In this document: positions 61,716 through 64,000 of the stretch, one piece after another
Layout of the letters: the number at the start of each line of letters is the position of its first letter
How positions within the stretch are numbered: position 1 is the first letter of the stretch
Source: an uncultured Nitrospiraceae bacterium
GTDB taxonomy: Bacteria > Nitrospirota > Thermodesulfovibrionia > Thermodesulfovibrionales > Dissulfurispiraceae
Assembly: GCA_963727805.1 (NCBI GenBank)
Contig: CAVSHF010000005.1
Span: 512,001 to 576,000, forward strand
Length of the DNA stretch: 64,000 nucleotides
Direction: 5' to 3'
Translations under genes and position numbers: made by a program
Notes under the pieces: generated by a model
The model's input: the letters and a program-made list of their open reading frames with translations, nothing else
What the model was told of the DNA's origin: nothing
Database searches by the model: none

Positions 61716-61966
61716 TACCGTGCCTCCTTCTTTTTAGACGCCTCGATTCCCATTACGCTCCAGAAACTGCCGGTAAACGAACCGTGCACATATGAAAATA
61801 AAAAAGCCACCACTATCGGCAGAAGAGCGAATAATCCCCCACGCCCGAAATAGTCAATCACTGGTTCCTGATAAAGCAATAAAGCCGCGTACATGGCTAT
61901 CGAAAGTCCCCCCCAAATAGCGGCGCTCGCCCAAGGTTTCTTCTTTTTGTTACTCTGCATGCCCAT
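61715..61966 (-). CDS. Small membrane protein in the TauE operon
   Basis: FSYVHGSFTGSFWSVMG; two TM helices; coupled to tauE. Confidence 0.8.
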   Translation of the reverse strand: MGMQSNKKKKPWASAAIWGGLSIAMYAALLLYQEPVIDYFGRGGLFALLPIVVAFLFSYVHGSFTGSFWSVMGIEASKKKEAR

Positions 61967-62020
61967 GTCCTCACCTTCCTCCTTTTATTTGTTTAATTAA
62001 TCACGTGTCGTTTATTTTGA

Positions 62021-62497
62021 TTAAGCGCCAACCACAACCAGCGGGCACTTGATCACATCCCTTACATCAGGCAGGATCTCAGCCTCATCACCGCATCCCG
62101 TATCTAGCCCTCCGTATGAATTCACTACTACATAATCGAAGCCTGAGTTCTGACGGGTAACGTCCACAACCGCTTTTTTCAGACATCCATCTACGACATT
62201 GAAGCGGTAGTCGATTCCCGCCTCCTTGAGTTCGGAATCCAGGCGCTCAACCATGGCCCTGCCTGATTCCATACAAAGAATTTCGAGGCCGGCCTTCATC
62301 CTTTTGCAGAAATTGAGGGCATACGTAAAGCACTTAACGTCTGATGACCGACCTGTGAGGACAAGCAATACCTTCTGTTTCGTTCCGGCCATCTCACGAG
62401 CCATTTCAAATTCTCCTGCCTCTGCAAAAGCCGTTGCAGCCATGATAGTCTCGAATCTCTTGATAAGGCTGCTAAGCTTCATCTTTTTGCTTTCCAT
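62021..62497 (-). CDS. USP-like hypothetical protein
   Basis: AATAFAEAGEFEMA and CPLVVV motifs; GGAGG RBS. Confidence 0.75.
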   Translation of the reverse strand: MESKKMKLSSLIKRFETIMAATAFAEAGEFEMAREMAGTKQKVLLVLTGRSSDVKCFTYALNFCKRMKAGLEILCMESGRAMVERLDSELKEAGIDYRFNVVDGCLKKAVVDVTRQNSGFDYVVVNSYGGLDTGCGDEAEILPDVRDVIKCPLVVVGA

Positions 62498-62524
62498 GTG
62501 CGTCACCTCCATCCCTAACAATAG

Positions 62525-62632
62525 GTCAATTTCCGTGCCAAGCATGAAATAACATGCAACTTATTGTATTTAAGTGACATTTATAATATGACCTCAAATA
62601 CTTCAAACAACCCCATGGTTGCATTTTGCAAC
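62525..62632 (-). promoter_or_regulatory. Probable sigma-54 promoter plus upstream palindromic activator site
   Basis: TGGCACGGAAATTGAC (62525-62540; -12 element imperfect) and palindrome GTTGCATTTTGCAAC (62618-62632). Confidence 0.55.
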
Positions 62633-62866
62633 TCATGGAAAATTATCAGTTCAAATTGGCATTCTCGGGGACATGCGGGGATGTTGCATGAGGGAGAGCA
62701 TTGGTCCATTGTGAAACGGTAACAGACACTACAGGCCCTGCTGTCCATATCTTTACGAATGGTTTAGTTATTAAAACCGGCTCGCGATTATATGCCTCGG
62801 AGGAGCCAAATGATAAGACCGTTTGTCATTGTTGCTTTTTGCAATAGACGGTGATAGAATGAAACT

Positions 62867-64000
62867 ATGATGGACTATAAACCGAGCATCAGGCGGAAGA
62901 TAACCTTTGGTTACTATGCCGGAGTTGCGGTTATTCTCGCCCTGTTCGTCTTTACATTCACAGAACTGATTATCGTTGAAAAAAAGTTGACGTTCGGAGC
63001 GGTCATCAATGAATTTTTCGATATGACCCTTGAAATGAGACGCTTCGAAAAAAACTTCTTTCTTTATGAAAAGTATTCGGATTATCAGGAAAATATGCAG
63101 TACGTCACAAAAGCTCAGGACATCCTTGCGCAACATATCAATGAATACCGTACACTTGTGATAGCCGACAGACTGGAGGCCTTGCAAAGCGTCTTGAAGG
63201 AATACCGCGAACTCATGGAACAGTATGCCGTGCTCAAGCACGAGGACCCCAAGCGAGTTGCAATAGAAAAGTCCCTAAGGGAAAAAGGCAAAGAAATCAC
63301 TTCGTTTGCGGAGGATATCTCGAAGACCGAGCGGGAAAGGGTAAGTACACTGCTCGATCAATCGAGGATAGTTCTTGCCATAGCAATCGTCGTGCTTTCA
63401 CTTGGCGGTATCATTGTGGGGCAGATCATGTCCCGGATTGTAGTGAGACCCCTCAAGGAACTGGAGGAAAGCATGGTAGCCATCGCCGCCGGGGCTCGGA
63501 ATACTATCGACATACGCTCAAAGGACCGCGAAATCCATTCGCTCACGGCGGCATTCAACAAGATGCTGAGGGAACTAGAACTCCGGCAGCGACATCTGCT
63601 CCAGTCGGAAAAACTCGCCTCTCTTGGTACGCTCATGGCAGGCATCGCTCATGAACTCAACAATCCGCTGTCGAACATATCGACCTCTTCACAAATCCTC
63701 ATCGAAGAGCTTGAAGAGTCCGACGTTGAATTCAGAAAAGAGATGCTGCACCAGATAGAAACCCAGACGGAAAGAGCTCGTAATATCGTCCGGTCACTTC
63801 TGGATTTTTCGCGAGAAAAGGAGTTTAAGCGTGATATTCTCCCCCTCGGAAAGCTTATTCATGAAACACTTAATTTTATCAAGGGGCAGATCCCGGCCAG
63901 AGTCTCTATATCGGTCGAGGTACCAGAGGACATCGTTATCTTCGCTGACAAGCAGCGTATTCAGCAGGCTTTTTTGAACCTCCTCAAAAACGCTGTTGAA
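62867..64000 (+). CDS. HAMP-domain sensor histidine kinase, partial (runs off the window end)
   Basis: Manual translation: MMDYKPSIRRKI...EMRRFEKNFFLY...QSEKLASLGTLMAGIAHELNNPL...QAFLNLLKNA. Confidence 0.93.
   Translation, partial: MMDYKPSIRRKITFGYYAGVAVILALFVFTFTELIIVEKKLTFGAVINEFFDMTLEMRRFEKNFFLYEKYSDYQENMQYVTKAQDILAQHINEYRTLVIADRLEALQSVLKEYRELMEQYAVLKHEDPKRVAIEKSLREKGKEITSFAEDISKTERERVSTLLDQSRIVLAIAIVVLSLGGIIVGQIMSRIVVRPLKELEESMVAIAAGARNTIDIRSKDREIHSLTAAFNKMLRELELRQRHLLQSEKLASLGTLMAGIAHELNNPLSNISTSSQILIEELEESDVEFRKEMLHQIETQTERARNIVRSLLDFSREKEFKRDILPLGKLIHETLNFIKGQIPARVSISVEVPEDIVIFADKQRIQQAFLNLLKNAVE

Overview
Bacterial chromosomal window, probably from an anaerobic Nitrospirota/Desulfobacterota-like organism (inferred from gene content only). 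About 1-13.3 kb is a minus-strand surface-glycan cluster: GT4/GT2/GT11 transferases, methyltransferases, wzm/wzt, several decayed genes and two tandem TMTC-like TPR membrane proteins sharing an apparently identical 1.16 kb segment. About 13.3-27.7 kb holds a sigma-54 two-component system with a heme-c-motif sensor kinase, a 7-CxxCH cytochrome and small exported proteins. The main unannotated structure: 27,891-56,651 appears to be two tandem Tn7-like elements (27,891-43,019 and 43,025-56,651). They have TGA...TCA termini, homologous left and right ends with TnsB-site-like repeats, and 5-bp target duplications (TTTAT/ATTAT/ATTAT), and they sit immediately after the trmJ stop codon. No tns genes are visible. 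Cargo includes infC, a SWIB protein, glycosylation genes, IS21, an IS1202-like IS, an integrase+IS91 element and cassette-like small ORFs. Two ORFs split by in-frame TGA at conserved Cys positions, with SECIS-like hairpins, are probable selenoproteins: a DUF1573 protein (one Sec) and a YeeE/YedE transporter (two Sec). The window ends in a TauE/USP operon and a partial sensor kinase. No rRNA, tRNA or CRISPR array was seen.
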